From: Candidatus Nanopelagicales bacterium
GTDB lineage: Bacteria > Actinomycetota > Actinomycetes > S36-B12
Reading direction: 5' to 3'
NCBI GenBank assembly: GCA_030827125.1
Contig: JAURFD010000001.1
Coordinates: forward strand, 19,258 to 83,257
DNA length: 64,000 nucleotides
This document shows, piece by piece, positions 9,452-20,000 of the stretch. The notes below the pieces were generated by a model. It searched no databases and was not told the origin of the DNA. It saw only the letters and a program-made list of their open reading frames with translations. Numbering within the stretch: the first letter of the stretch is position 1; each line of letters begins with the position of its first letter. A program made the translations under genes and the position numbers.

Positions 9452-9454
9452 CAG

Positions 9455-10336
9455 CTAGCTCGCCTCGGCCGGCACCCGTGGCGCACGGACGAGCGCGACA
9501 CCAATCGTTGCGATCGCGAATCCGACCAGCGCCAGCACAGGAAGTCGCTCGCCGAATAGGAGTGCCGCCTCGGCGAGGGTGACGGGTGGCACGAGGAAGT
9601 ACAGGCTGGTGAAGCCCGACGCCGTACCGCGTCGGATGAGCCAGAACATCAGCAGGATCGCACCGACGGACAGCACCAGCACCATGTAGGCCAGGACGGC
9701 GACGAAGGTCGGCGTCCAATCGACCGTGAGTGGTTCGGTGAGTGCGGCGACGGCAAGGAGCACGATTGCGGCCGCGGCATATTGCACGGTCGTGCCGCTG
9801 ACCGGCGGGATGTCATCGCCCCACTTCTTCTGCAGCAGCATCGCAGCGGTGGTGCCGAAGAGTCCGACGATGGCGGCGATCGCGGCGGCTACCGGCGTTT
9901 CGCCCGAGGTCAATCCCGGCGCGAGGACGATCGCGGCGCCGATGAAACCGAGAGCGAAGCCGAGCCACTGTCGGGCGTGCACCTGCTCGCCGAGCACCGG
10001 TCCGGCGAGGATGGCGACGAGGATCGGCTGCAGGCACACAATGAGGGCGGTGACGCTCACGGGGAGGCCGAGGTCGATGGCGACGAAGAGACCCCCGAGA
10101 TAGACCGCGTGCAGCAGGATGCCCACGATCGCGGATCTCGAATACTGGCGGTGGCCGATGAGTCGCGGTGCGCGAAGTGCGAGCACGAGGAGTGCGAAGA
10201 CGGCTGTCGCGATCGTCATGCGGACGCCGAGCAGGGTGAGGGGAGCGGCGTACGGAAGGCCGAAGCGGGCACCGATGAAGCCGGTGCTCCAGATGACGAC
10301 GAAGATGCCGGGTGCCAGTCGTGCCCACAGCGTCAC
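9455..10336 (-). CDS. DMT/EamA family transporter
   Basis: FVVIWSTGFIGARFGLPYAAP; about ten TM segments. Confidence 0.85.
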   Translation of the reverse strand: MTLWARLAPGIFVVIWSTGFIGARFGLPYAAPLTLLGVRMTIATAVFALLVLALRAPRLIGHRQYSRSAIVGILLHAVYLGGLFVAIDLGLPVSVTALIVCLQPILVAILAGPVLGEQVHARQWLGFALGFIGAAIVLAPGLTSGETPVAAAIAAIVGLFGTTAAMLLQKKWGDDIPPVSGTTVQYAAAAIVLLAVAALTEPLTVDWTPTFVAVLAYMVLVLSVGAILLMFWLIRRGTASGFTSLYFLVPPVTLAEAALLFGERLPVLALVGFAIATIGVALVRAPRVPAEAS

Positions 10337-10361
10337 GTGCGCAGGCTACTCGGCGAGGGGG

Positions 10362-10844
10362 TTAGTCCCGGCCAGCAAGGCGGTGGAGTGCATCGCCGCT
10401 GACGCGCTGGACCGTCCACTCGTCCATCGGCTCGGCGCCGATCGATCGGTAGAACTCCAGTGCGGGGGTGTTCCAGTCCAGGACCCACCATTCAAAGCGG
10501 CCGTAGCCGCGGTCGACAGCGATCTGCGCCAACGCCTGCAGCAGGGCCTTGCCGTGACCGGCACCGCGATGAGCGGGTCGCACGTAGAGGTCTTCGAGGT
10601 ATACGCCGTGACGACCCAGCCAGGTGGAGAAGTTGCGGAACCACAGGGCAAAGCCGACCACCTCGTCGGAATCGTCGGATTCGGCGATGAGGGCGAAAAC
10701 GGCTGGATCAGAGCCGAAGAGTGACTCGCGCAGCAACGCCTCGGTCGCCACCACCTCGTGCACCGCGCGTTCATAGTCGGCGAGTTCGCGAATCATGGCG
10801 AGGATCTCGGGTACGTCGTCGGGGGTGGCTTCGCGGATCGACAT
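10362..10844 (-). CDS. GNAT N-acetyltransferase (SSAT-like)
   Basis: NFSTWLGRHGVYLEDLYVRPAHRGAGHGKALL, WVLDWNTPALEFY. Confidence 0.88.
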   Translation of the reverse strand: MSIREATPDDVPEILAMIRELADYERAVHEVVATEALLRESLFGSDPAVFALIAESDDSDEVVGFALWFRNFSTWLGRHGVYLEDLYVRPAHRGAGHGKALLQALAQIAVDRGYGRFEWWVLDWNTPALEFYRSIGAEPMDEWTVQRVSGDALHRLAGRD

Positions 10845-10939
10845 GCGCACGATTGTGCCGGAGGCACCTTGTGCGTCGTCATGCGCTCTGGATGTCGGCA
10901 CGGCGACCGTCACGTGATGGTGAGTGCTGGTCGTCTTGA

Positions 10940-11173
10940 TTGACCGGAATGCAGGGACGCCGTGTGATCGTGAAGGTCAAGCTCACCGTCGCCGGACCTC
11001 CGGAGCCCAAGGTGCCGGCTGTGGTCGGCCTTGATCAAACCTCTGCGGAGAACACCCTCACTGATGCGGGCCTGACCGTCGGCAAGGTGTCGTCGCAGCC
11101 AGACCCGCAGCCGTCGGGCACGCACGTCGTCTCAGTACGTACCGTTTGCGAGCCCCGAAACGGGACGCAGTGA
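10940..11173 (+). pseudogene. Isolated PASTA-domain fragment
   Basis: KVPAVVGLDQTSAENTLTDAGLTVG is PASTA-like; no signal peptide, kinase domain or clear start. Confidence 0.5.
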
Positions 11174-11270
11174 GACGACGTTGCCCATGGAAATGAAACG
11201 GCCCCGGCCCGCAGGCCGTGCTGGAGGGCGCGTGAGTGGGCTAGCCTCAGATCCGTCGCCAGAGCGGGCC

Positions 11271-11717
11271 ATGACATCAGCGAGCGAGGTTGCCGAGATC
11301 GTGACGGTATTGACCGAGTCCCAGCGGGAGACGCTGCGCGCGCTCATCGACCGGATCATCCCCGCGGACGACTTCCCCGGTGGCTGGGACGCTGGCGTCG
11401 GCGACTACCTCGATCGTCAGTTTGCGGCGGATCTGCGGCCTCTCATCGAGATGTACCGCGCCGGGCTCGACGCACTCGGCCATGAGGCGCGCGCGACGAC
11501 GGGGAGCGACTTCGCTCAGGTCGCCCCGGAGGCACAGGATGAGGTGTTGCGCCGGGTTGAAGCGGGCGACGTGGCGACGGACTGGTCCGTGGATCCGGCC
11601 GCGTTCTTCCGCACGGTGGTCGAGCATGCCGCAGAGGGCTACTACGGCGACCCGGGCAACGGCGGCAACCGCGATGGGGTGTCGTGGCAGATGATCGGCT
11701 TCGAGGTGACCGGATGA
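11271..11717 (+). CDS. Gluconate 2-dehydrogenase subunit 3 family protein
   Basis: LIDRIIPADDFPG, EGYYGDPGNGGNRDGVSWQMIGF. Confidence 0.82.
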   Translation: MTSASEVAEIVTVLTESQRETLRALIDRIIPADDFPGGWDAGVGDYLDRQFAADLRPLIEMYRAGLDALGHEARATTGSDFAQVAPEAQDEVLRRVEAGDVATDWSVDPAAFFRTVVEHAAEGYYGDPGNGGNRDGVSWQMIGFEVTG

Positions 11718-13342
11718 GCGCCCACGATGTCATCGTCGTGGGCGCTGGCGCGGGCGGCGGGGTCGCTGCCGGCGTACTGGCCGAAGCCGGCAAGAGCGTC
11801 CTACTGATTGAGCGCGGACGCGAACTCGCCTACGAGGACATCCCGCGCGACCACCTGCGCAACCACCGCTACTCGCGTCACGGCCACAACACGGGCCCGA
11901 GCCTGGACGGCAATCCACGCGTGCTGGTGGACTCGGACGGTCAGGAGTACACGCTGCGCCCGCATGAGGATGCCTACCAAAACAACGCTGCCGTTGTGGG
12001 CGGTGGTGCCCGCGTGTATGGCGCGCAGGCATGGCGCTACCTGCCGGCCGACTTCGAGATGGCCAGTATCTACGGCATCCCGCCCGGGAGTTCACTAGCG
12101 GATTGGCCGATCAGCTACGCCGACGTGGCGCCGTACTACGAGCGAACCGAGTGGGAGATCGGCGTGTCGGGCGATAGTGCGGAGAGCGCCGCGCGCTGGC
12201 CACGCGACAGGGGCTATCCCATGCCCCCGGTACCACTCAATCGCCAGGGAGTTGTGGTGCGCCGCGGCGCCGAAGCCCTCGGCTGGCCGACCGTGGCGGT
12301 GCCCCTGCTCATCAACTCCACGCCCTACGGCGGCAGGCCGGCCTGCATAACCTGCCAGCACTGCATCGGCTTTGCCTGCCCGGTGGACGCCAAGAACGAC
12401 AGTCAGAACACCCTGTTGGCCCGTGGTCGTGCGACCGGTCGGCTCGACCTGGTGACCGAGGCGATGGTTGAGCAGGTCGACACTGTGGGCGGTCGGGTGG
12501 TCGGCGTGACATACGTCGACCACGACGGTCAGCGTCAGAGCGCACGCGCCGAGGTCGTGGTGTTGGCCGCCGGCGCAATCGAGACGGCACGGCTGCTGCT
12601 CAACTCCACCTCGCCAGAGCACCCGCAGGGGCTGGGCAACGCCCACGATCAGGTAGGCCGCAACCTCCAGGGCCACTACTACCCCGGCGCGTTCGGCCTG
12701 ATGTCTGAGCCGGTCCACGACGGCATCGGCCCGGGCGTGACCACCGCGATCACCAAGTTCAATCACGGCAACGCGGACGTCATCGGCGGCGGCATGATCG
12801 CGGACGAGTTCGTGGTGCTGCCCATCATCTTTTGGGCGCGTAACCTGCCGCCGGACTTGCCGCGCTGGGGTGCCGAGGCGAAGCGCTTCATGCGCGACAA
12901 CTACACCCGGGTGGCGCGCGTGATGGGGCCGGTGCAGGAGATTCCTAGCCCGGATGCGCGCGTGACACTGGACCCGAAGGTCCTCGATCGCTGGGGAATC
13001 CCGGTCGCTCGGCTCTCGGGCACCACGCATCCCGAGACCGTGCGCACGTCGGCGTTCATGCACGCGCGCGCACGCGAGTGGCTGGCGGCCTCGGGTGCGC
13101 AGCGGATCTGGGGTTCACCGCCGAGGCTCAAGCTCAGCGGCGGTCAGCACCAGGCGGGCACGGCCCGCATGGGTGATGATCCCGCCAACTCGGTGACTGA
13201 CCGCTGGAGCCGAGTCCACGGCCACGACAACCTCTACGTGGCCGATGGGTCGGTGCACGTGACCAATGGCGGCTTCAACCCCGTGCTCACGATCATGGCG
13301 CTGGCGTTCCGCGCCGCCGAGCATGCCGCCAAGAGCTGGTAG
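11714..13342 (+). CDS. GMC family FAD oxidoreductase
   Basis: GAGAGG FAD motif, CITCQHC..C, HQAGTARMG, GGFNPVLTIMALA; ATGA-coupled to subunit 3. Confidence 0.9.
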   Translation: MSAHDVIVVGAGAGGGVAAGVLAEAGKSVLLIERGRELAYEDIPRDHLRNHRYSRHGHNTGPSLDGNPRVLVDSDGQEYTLRPHEDAYQNNAAVVGGGARVYGAQAWRYLPADFEMASIYGIPPGSSLADWPISYADVAPYYERTEWEIGVSGDSAESAARWPRDRGYPMPPVPLNRQGVVVRRGAEALGWPTVAVPLLINSTPYGGRPACITCQHCIGFACPVDAKNDSQNTLLARGRATGRLDLVTEAMVEQVDTVGGRVVGVTYVDHDGQRQSARAEVVVLAAGAIETARLLLNSTSPEHPQGLGNAHDQVGRNLQGHYYPGAFGLMSEPVHDGIGPGVTTAITKFNHGNADVIGGGMIADEFVVLPIIFWARNLPPDLPRWGAEAKRFMRDNYTRVARVMGPVQEIPSPDARVTLDPKVLDRWGIPVARLSGTTHPETVRTSAFMHARAREWLAASGAQRIWGSPPRLKLSGGQHQAGTARMGDDPANSVTDRWSRVHGHDNLYVADGSVHVTNGGFNPVLTIMALAFRAAEHAAKSW

Positions 13343-13428
13343 CGCTGGTTCGCCGAGGAACGACGCCGAGGTCATGACCAATGGGGTGACGATCGAGCGG
13401 CGAGGAGCGCGACGTGGATCAGGGCAAT

Positions 13429-13463
13429 GAAAAGGGGCCCGGACCGCAGTGGTCCGAACCCCT
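13429..13463 (-). terminator. Intrinsic terminator of sodN
   Basis: AGGGG..CGGACC/GGTCCG..CCCCT hairpin followed by TTTT on the minus strand. Confidence 0.65.
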
Positions 13464-13478
13464 CTCCCTGGTGTGAAA

Positions 13479-13889
13479 TCAGGCCTTCTTGGTCTCCCAG
13501 AAGATCTCGGAGATCTCGTCGATCTTGCCGAGCAACTGATCGGCCACGGCCACGTCGACGGTGCCCTTGGTGCCACCAGCACCCGCGAGCTTGGTCGCCT
13601 CATTGAAGAGCTGGTTGAGCTGCGGGTACTTCTCGAAGTGCGGCGGCTTGAAGTAGTCGGTCCACAGCACCCACAGGTGCTCCTTGACCATGTGCGAGCG
13701 CTCCTCCTTGATGGAGATGGCGCGCTCCTTGAAGATCGGGTCGTCCGACGCGTGATACTTCTCCATGCAGGCCTTCACCGACTCGGCCTCGAGGCGGGCC
13801 TGGGCGGGGTCGTAGACGCCGCAGGGCAGGTCGCAGTGGGCGTGAGCCGTGGTGCGCGGCGCCAGCCACGCGGTCAGGCGATTGAGCAT
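13479..13889 (-). CDS. sodN: Nickel superoxide dismutase
   Basis: Ni-hook HCDLPCGVYDPA after a short leader; GGAGGAG SD. Confidence 0.96.
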   Translation of the reverse strand: MLNRLTAWLAPRTTAHAHCDLPCGVYDPAQARLEAESVKACMEKYHASDDPIFKERAISIKEERSHMVKEHLWVLWTDYFKPPHFEKYPQLNQLFNEATKLAGAGGTKGTVDVAVADQLLGKIDEISEIFWETKKA

Positions 13890-13995
13890 GTCTCCTCCGT
13901 CCGTGGGGCGCGGGACGAGCGCCCGATGCATCTCACCCTAGTCCGGCGGCCGAATCGCGGCACCCGGTGGCCTGCCCAGCACTCAGAGGGTCAAG

Positions 13996-14325
13996 ATGTT
14001 CCCCATGCCCAGTTGGCCGCTGCTCCGGGTCGCCATCGCTGGTGAGTCGATGGCGCCGACCCTGAGCGATGGCGAGTGGTGGATCGCCTGGCGTACGACG
14101 AAGTGCCGACCCGGTGACGTCGTCGTGTTTGACCACCCCACCCGATCCGGAATGCTCGCGGTGAAACGCGTAGTCCGTATCGATGGTGACAGCTGGTGGG
14201 TGGAGGGGGACAACCCCGAGCGCAGTACCGACAGCAGGCACTTCGGTCCGCTCCCGCAGCGACGAGTCCTCGGCCGACTGATGTGGCGTTACTCACCCTG
14301 GCCACCGCGGCAGTTCACTCGATGA
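13996..14325 (+). CDS. sodX: Ni-SOD maturation protease
   Basis: GESMAPTL, AVKRV, GDNPERSTDSRHFG S26-type motifs; divergent from sodN. Confidence 0.88.
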   Translation: MFPMPSWPLLRVAIAGESMAPTLSDGEWWIAWRTTKCRPGDVVVFDHPTRSGMLAVKRVVRIDGDSWWVEGDNPERSTDSRHFGPLPQRRVLGRLMWRYSPWPPRQFTR

Positions 14326-14339
14326 TTGACTGTGCGGCT

Positions 14340-15518
14340 ATGAGCCCCGGAGACGCTGACCCAAATCACATCGACCCTGCCTTCCCGCTGCACAAGGGCG
14401 GCAAGATCGAGGTGCGCCCGACGGTGCGAATCCGGGATCGAGAGGGGCTTGCGCTGGCCTACACCCCTGGCGTTGCGCGCGTTTCCAGCGCAATCGCCGC
14501 CAATCCGGAGTTGGCCCGCGAGTACACCTGGAAGGCCAACACCGTGCTCATCGTCACCGACGGCACCGCGGTTCTCGGGCTCGGCGATATTGGTCCGGAG
14601 GGGGCCTTGCCGGTCATGGAGGGCAAGGCCTTGCTCTTCAAGGAATTCGGCGGCGTCGATGCTGTCCCGATCTGCCTGGACACCAAGGATGTCGACGAGA
14701 TCGTCGATACGGTCATCCGTATCGCCCCGGCCTACGGGGGAGTGAACCTCGAGGACATCAGCGCCCCCCGCTGCTTCGAGATTGAGCGCCGGCTCGATGA
14801 GGCCTTGGACATCCCGGTCTTCCACGACGATCAGCACGGCACCGCGGTCGTGGTCCTCGCGGCGCTCATCAACGCAGCCAAGCTCACCGGTCGCGAGATC
14901 AGCGACCTGCGCGCGGTCGTGTCGGGTGCCGGTGCGGCGGGTGTCGCCGTGACGGACATCCTGCTCGACGCGGGCATCGGCGATATCGCGGTGGCGGACT
15001 CCAAAGGGATTATCTCCGCCGACCGCACCGACCTCAACGACACCAAGGTCGCGCTCCTCGAGCGCACGAATCGGGCCAATCTCTCGGGCACGATCGACGA
15101 CGCCCTTGTGGGTGCCGACGTCTTCATCGGTGTGTCCGCTGGCACCATCCATGACGACACCGTGGCGCGCATGGCCCCGGGCTGCTTCATCTTCGCCCTC
15201 GCCAACCCCGATCCGGAGATCCACCCGGAGGTGGCGCGTCAGCATGCAGCGGTCGTGGCCACCGGGCGCAGCGACTTCCCCAATCAGATCAACAACGTGC
15301 TGGCCTTCCCCGGGATCTTCCGCGGGGCGCTGGATGTGGGTGCTCCGACCATCACGTCGGGGATGAAACTGGCGGCGGCGCACGCGATCGCCGATGTGGT
15401 GGGCGATGAACTCAGCGCCGACTACGTCATCCCCAGCGTCTTCGACCGCCGCGTGTCGGCCGAGGTGCCGCGTGCCGTGGCTGAAGCGGCTCGCCAGGAC
15501 GGCGTCGCCCGCCGCTGA
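14340..15518 (+). CDS. NAD(P)-dependent malic enzyme
   Basis: AYTPGVA, TDGTAVLGLGDIG, NLEDISAPRCF, FHDDQHGTA, GAGAAG. Confidence 0.92.
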   Translation: MSPGDADPNHIDPAFPLHKGGKIEVRPTVRIRDREGLALAYTPGVARVSSAIAANPELAREYTWKANTVLIVTDGTAVLGLGDIGPEGALPVMEGKALLFKEFGGVDAVPICLDTKDVDEIVDTVIRIAPAYGGVNLEDISAPRCFEIERRLDEALDIPVFHDDQHGTAVVVLAALINAAKLTGREISDLRAVVSGAGAAGVAVTDILLDAGIGDIAVADSKGIISADRTDLNDTKVALLERTNRANLSGTIDDALVGADVFIGVSAGTIHDDTVARMAPGCFIFALANPDPEIHPEVARQHAAVVATGRSDFPNQINNVLAFPGIFRGALDVGAPTITSGMKLAAAHAIADVVGDELSADYVIPSVFDRRVSAEVPRAVAEAARQDGVARR

Positions 15519-15521
15519 GGG

Positions 15522-16772
15522 CTACTGCCCGTCCTCGGATCGGGTCAGCATGCGTCGCAGGGTTTGGGCGTAGAGCCCGGCGAGCACACAACCGACTCCC
15601 ACCAGCACGGCCCACAGCGCGCCGCGCCCAGCACCGATGAGGGCTCCGGAAGCCAGCGGCGCACCCATGGCTCCCAGATTCCAGGTGAGGGACTGCGCAG
15701 AGTTGTAGCGCCCACGCAGGTGATCAGGCGCGATCGCATTGACGAGTGCGGGAGCGGTGGGGCTCCACACAGTCTCACCGAGCGCAAAGATGACCGTCGA
15801 CCCCAGCAGCACGATGAATGCCGGCAATCGCGGGATCTCGGGTACGGCGGCCAAGATGAGCCACGACGCGCCCCACAGCAAGCCGACAACACCGATGAGC
15901 CGGGTGCGCGAACGTCCACGCAACAGACGCAGGACGAGAATCTGCCCGATGACGATCGTGAGCGTATTGGTGAGCCACACGAGCCCGATGGCGCTCTCCG
16001 GCAGTCCTGCGGTGTCGGTGATGAAGATGGCGAGGCCAGCCTCGAGCGAGCCGTAGCCACACACGAGCAGCAACAGCGACACCGCGACAAGGCGGCGTAG
16101 TCGGCCGTCGGCGACCGCGGCCGCCCAACCGTCTCGTGAGTCACCGGCTGGCTCATCAGGGTCGCTCATCGGTGTGGGACTTGGCCCCCCGTGCCCGCGC
16201 AGGGCGAGTACGGCGATGAACGAGAAGCCAAAGGTTGCGGCGTCGATGAGGTAGAGCAGGACAAAGGTCTCGGGGCGTGCGATGTCGATGATCAACGCTC
16301 CGATGAGTCCACCGAGACCGAGGCCGAGGTTGAGCAGCATGAAGCCTAGGGCGAACGCCGTGGTGCGCATCTCCTCGGGGACCAGCCGCGCGGTGAAGGT
16401 GCTATCCGGCCCCCAGATCCCTGCGGCGCCGAGCGATATGAGTGAGGCCACGGCAAAGGCGGTGATCAGTGTGGTGACCTGAGACAGCAGGGCCACGCCG
16501 ATCGCCTCCAGCGCAATCGCGATGAGAAGCACAGGACGAGGACCGAAGCGATCGGTAAAGGTCCCGATCATCGGCGTTGCCGCGAGCCCGATCACCGCCA
16601 TCCACGCCAGGACCAGCGAGGCCGTGAAGATGGGGATCCCGCGGACCTGGGAGAGATAGACCACCAGCAAGGACAGGGTCATGCCGTTGCCGATGGCATT
16701 GAGGAACCGTCCGGCGGCGAGGATCCGGAACGGTCCGCGCAGGACCGTGCGAATCTCGCCGAGCGTGTTCAT
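15522..16772 (-). CDS. MFS transporter
   Basis: GTFTDRFGPR motif A; about twelve TM segments. Confidence 0.85.
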   Translation of the reverse strand: MNTLGEIRTVLRGPFRILAAGRFLNAIGNGMTLSLLVVYLSQVRGIPIFTASLVLAWMAVIGLAATPMIGTFTDRFGPRPVLLIAIALEAIGVALLSQVTTLITAFAVASLISLGAAGIWGPDSTFTARLVPEEMRTTAFALGFMLLNLGLGLGGLIGALIIDIARPETFVLLYLIDAATFGFSFIAVLALRGHGGPSPTPMSDPDEPAGDSRDGWAAAVADGRLRRLVAVSLLLLVCGYGSLEAGLAIFITDTAGLPESAIGLVWLTNTLTIVIGQILVLRLLRGRSRTRLIGVVGLLWGASWLILAAVPEIPRLPAFIVLLGSTVIFALGETVWSPTAPALVNAIAPDHLRGRYNSAQSLTWNLGAMGAPLASGALIGAGRGALWAVLVGVGCVLAGLYAQTLRRMLTRSEDGQ

Positions 16773-16878
16773 GTCTGCCTTTCCTGCGCCGCTCCGCGGC
16801 GTACACCATCACCTTGTTTGCAGTGACCGCGGGCAAATCGCCCACACAACCGCGGGAACTGCAAGGAAGGCGGAAGAG

Positions 16879-17055
16879 TTAGTCCTCGTCGTCGTCGAGG
16901 CGGGCGAGCCAGGTGGCCAGCCGCTCGATGGGAGTTTCGAACTCCGGATTGAGGTCGACGAACTCGATGAGCCGCTCGGCCAGCCAGTCCAGGCTGACCT
17001 CCTCCTCGCCGCGGCGGCGTTGGAGTTCCTCGATCCCTCGGTCGGTGAAGTACAT
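16879..17055 (-). CDS. Conserved small actinobacterial protein (DUF6104-like)
   Basis: MYFTDRGIEELQRRRGEEEV...ERLATWLARLDD, directly downstream of kgd. Confidence 0.78.
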   Translation of the reverse strand: MYFTDRGIEELQRRRGEEEVSLDWLAERLIEFVDLNPEFETPIERLATWLARLDDDED

Positions 17056-17059
17056 GGCG

Positions 17060-20000
17060 CTAGTTGAACGCCGCCTGCACGACCCACTTCTGCTCCTCCT
17101 CGTGACGGTGGTGACTACCCACCGCGGGGGAGGATGACGAGGGCCGCGACACGCACTCGAGGGATCGACCAATGATCTCCGGCAGGTTGAGTGCCATGAA
17201 GGACCAGGCACCCTGGTTGGCCGGCTCTTCTTGGACCCAGCGCACGACGGACGCGTTGGGGTAGGCGCTCACCATCGCTGGGAGGGTTCGCCATGGCAGC
17301 GGGTAGAGCCGCTCCAGCCGGATGATGGCCGTCTCCTTGTCGCCGCGCGCCTCACGCTCGGCGACAAGGTCGTAGTAGACCTTGCCGCTGCACAGCAGCA
17401 CCCGACGTACGTCGTCCGGCTCCACCGTGGTGTCGGGAATCGCCGGACGGAACGACCCCTGGGTGAAGTCCTCGAGCGGGGACGTGGCGAACTTCGCACG
17501 CAGGAGGGACTTCGGTGTGAAGATCACCAGCGGTCGAATGAGCGGGGACAGCGCCTGCCAGCGCAGCAGGTGGAAGTACGACGCCGGCGTCGACGGCATC
17601 GCGATCGTCATGTTGTCTTGCGCGCACATCTGGAGGAATCGCTCGATGCGCGCCGACGAGTGATCAGGTCCCTGCCCCTCGTAGCCGTGGGGGAGGAGCA
17701 TGACCAGCGAGGAGCGCTGGTTCCACTTCTGCTCGCCGGAGGAGATGAACTCATCGGTGATGGTCTGCGCCCCGTCGACGAAGTCGCCGAACTGCGCCTC
17801 CCACATCGTCAGGACATCGGGCCGCGCCACCGAGTAGCCGTATTCAAAGCCCACGGCCGCGAACTCACTGAGCATCGAGTCGTAGACCCACAGCTTCGCA
17901 CCGTCGCGGTAGAGCCGCTTGAGCGGCTTGTACTGCCACCCCGTCACCTTGTCGACGATGACCGCGTGCCGGTGGCCGAAGGTGCCGCGGCGGGAGTCCT
18001 GGCCGGACAGGCGCACCGACCGCCCCTCGAGCAGCAGCGAGCCAATGGCGAGGGCCTCAGCCATGCCCCAGTCGATGGTGCCGTCCTCGACCATCTGCGC
18101 ACGACGCTGCAACTGCGGGGCCAGGCGGGGATGCAGGGTGAACCCGTCGGGCATCGTGAGTTGGGACTCGACGACGAGGTCGACCGCGGAGCGCTCGATC
18201 CCGGTGAGAATGTCGCCCGCCGGACCCATGGGAGCAAGTTGCAGTTGTCCCGTGCGCACGACCTCATCGGAGGAGTCACTGAAGGTGTGGGCATCGGAGA
18301 CGTCGGTGCGCGTCTCCTGGAAGACCTTCTCGAGTTGCTCCTGGAAGTGACGCAGCGCCTCCTCGGCCTCCTCGACCGTGATGTCCCCGCGACCAATCAA
18401 GGATTCGGTGTAGTGCTTGCGTACCGATCGCTTGGCATCGATGAGCTCGTACATGAGCGGTTGTGTCAGCGACGGGTCGTCCGCCTCGTTGTGTCCGCGG
18501 CGCCGGTAGGTCACCAGGTCGATGACGACGTCCTTGTGGAAGGCCTGCCGGAACTCGAACGCCAACTTGGCCACGCGTACGACAGCCTCGGGATCATCGC
18601 CGTTCACATGGAAGATCGGCGCCTGCACCATGCGGGCCACATCCGTGGGGTAGACCGACGAACGGCTGTACTTCGGCGACGTGGTGAAGCCGACCTGGTT
18701 GTTGACGACCACATGGACGGTGCCTGCGGTGCGGTAACCCTGCAACTGGGAGAGGTTGAGCGTCTCGGCGACGATGCCCTGACCCGCGAATGCCGCATCA
18801 CCGTGCAACAGCAGCGGCAGGATGCGTGGCACCTCGTCGCGCGGCAGGAGATCCTGCTTCGCCCGCACGATGCCCTCGAGGACGGGATCGACGGCCTCGA
18901 GGTGCGAGGGGTTGGCCGCGACGTATACGAGGGTCTCGTGCCCATCGCGGCTGCGGTAGGTGCCCTGCGTGCCGAGGTGGTACTTCACATCGCCGGAGCC
19001 CTGCACCGACTCCTCGCCATAGTTGCCCTCGAACTCGGCGAAGACCTGGCGGAAGGACTTGCCGGCGATATTGGTGAGGACGTTCAAGCGACCGCGGTGC
19101 GGCATGCCGATGGCGACCTCGATGACATCGTCGTGTGCGGCGCAGTAGAGGATCTCGTCGAGCAGCGGGATGAGCGACTCCGAGCCCTCCAGGGAGAACC
19201 GCTTCTGCCCGACGTACTTCGTCTGCAGGAAAGTCTCGAAAGCCTCGGCCTCATTGAGTTTGTGCAGGATGCGCAACTGCTCCTCGCGGGAGGGCTTGTG
19301 GTGGGGCACCTCCACGCGTTCTTGGATCCACTCGCGCTGCTCGGGATCTTGGATGTGCATGTACTCGATGCCGATACTGCGCGTGTAGGAGTCGCGCAAG
19401 ACGCCGAGGATCTCGCGCAACTTCATCAGCGGCCTGCCGGCGAATCCACCGGTGGCGAACTCGCGGTCAAGGTCCCACAGGGTCAGCTTGTGCGAGAGCA
19501 CGTCAAGATCGGGGTGCATGCGCTGCTCGTACTCGAGCGGATTGGTGTCCGCCATGAGGTGGCCGCGCACACGGTAGGCGTGGATGACCTCCTGCACGCG
19601 CACCGTCTTGTTGAGATCGGTCTCGTGCGACGCAGCGAGATCCTGGGCCCAGCGGATCGGTTCGTAGGGGATGCGCAGGCTGCGGAAGATCTCGTCATAG
19701 AAGTGATCATCGCCAAGCAGCAACTGACTGATGCGGCGCAGGAACTCACCGGACTGAGCGCCCTGGATGATTCGGTGATCGTACGTCGACGTCAGGGTCA
19801 GGGTCTTGGTCACGGCGTTGCGGACCAGCGATTCCTCCGATGCCCCCTGCCACTCGGCGGGGTATTCCATCGCGCCGACGCCGATGATGCAGCCCTGACC
19901 GCTCATCAACCGCGGCACCGAGTGCTCGGTGCCGATGGTGCCCGGGTTGGTCAGGCTCAAGGTTGTCCCGACGAAGTCATCGACGCCGAGTCCGCCGCTG

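Noticed and set aside
13372-13430. 18-codon ORF after the GMC gene
   Set aside because: Atypical codon usage and no recognisable features
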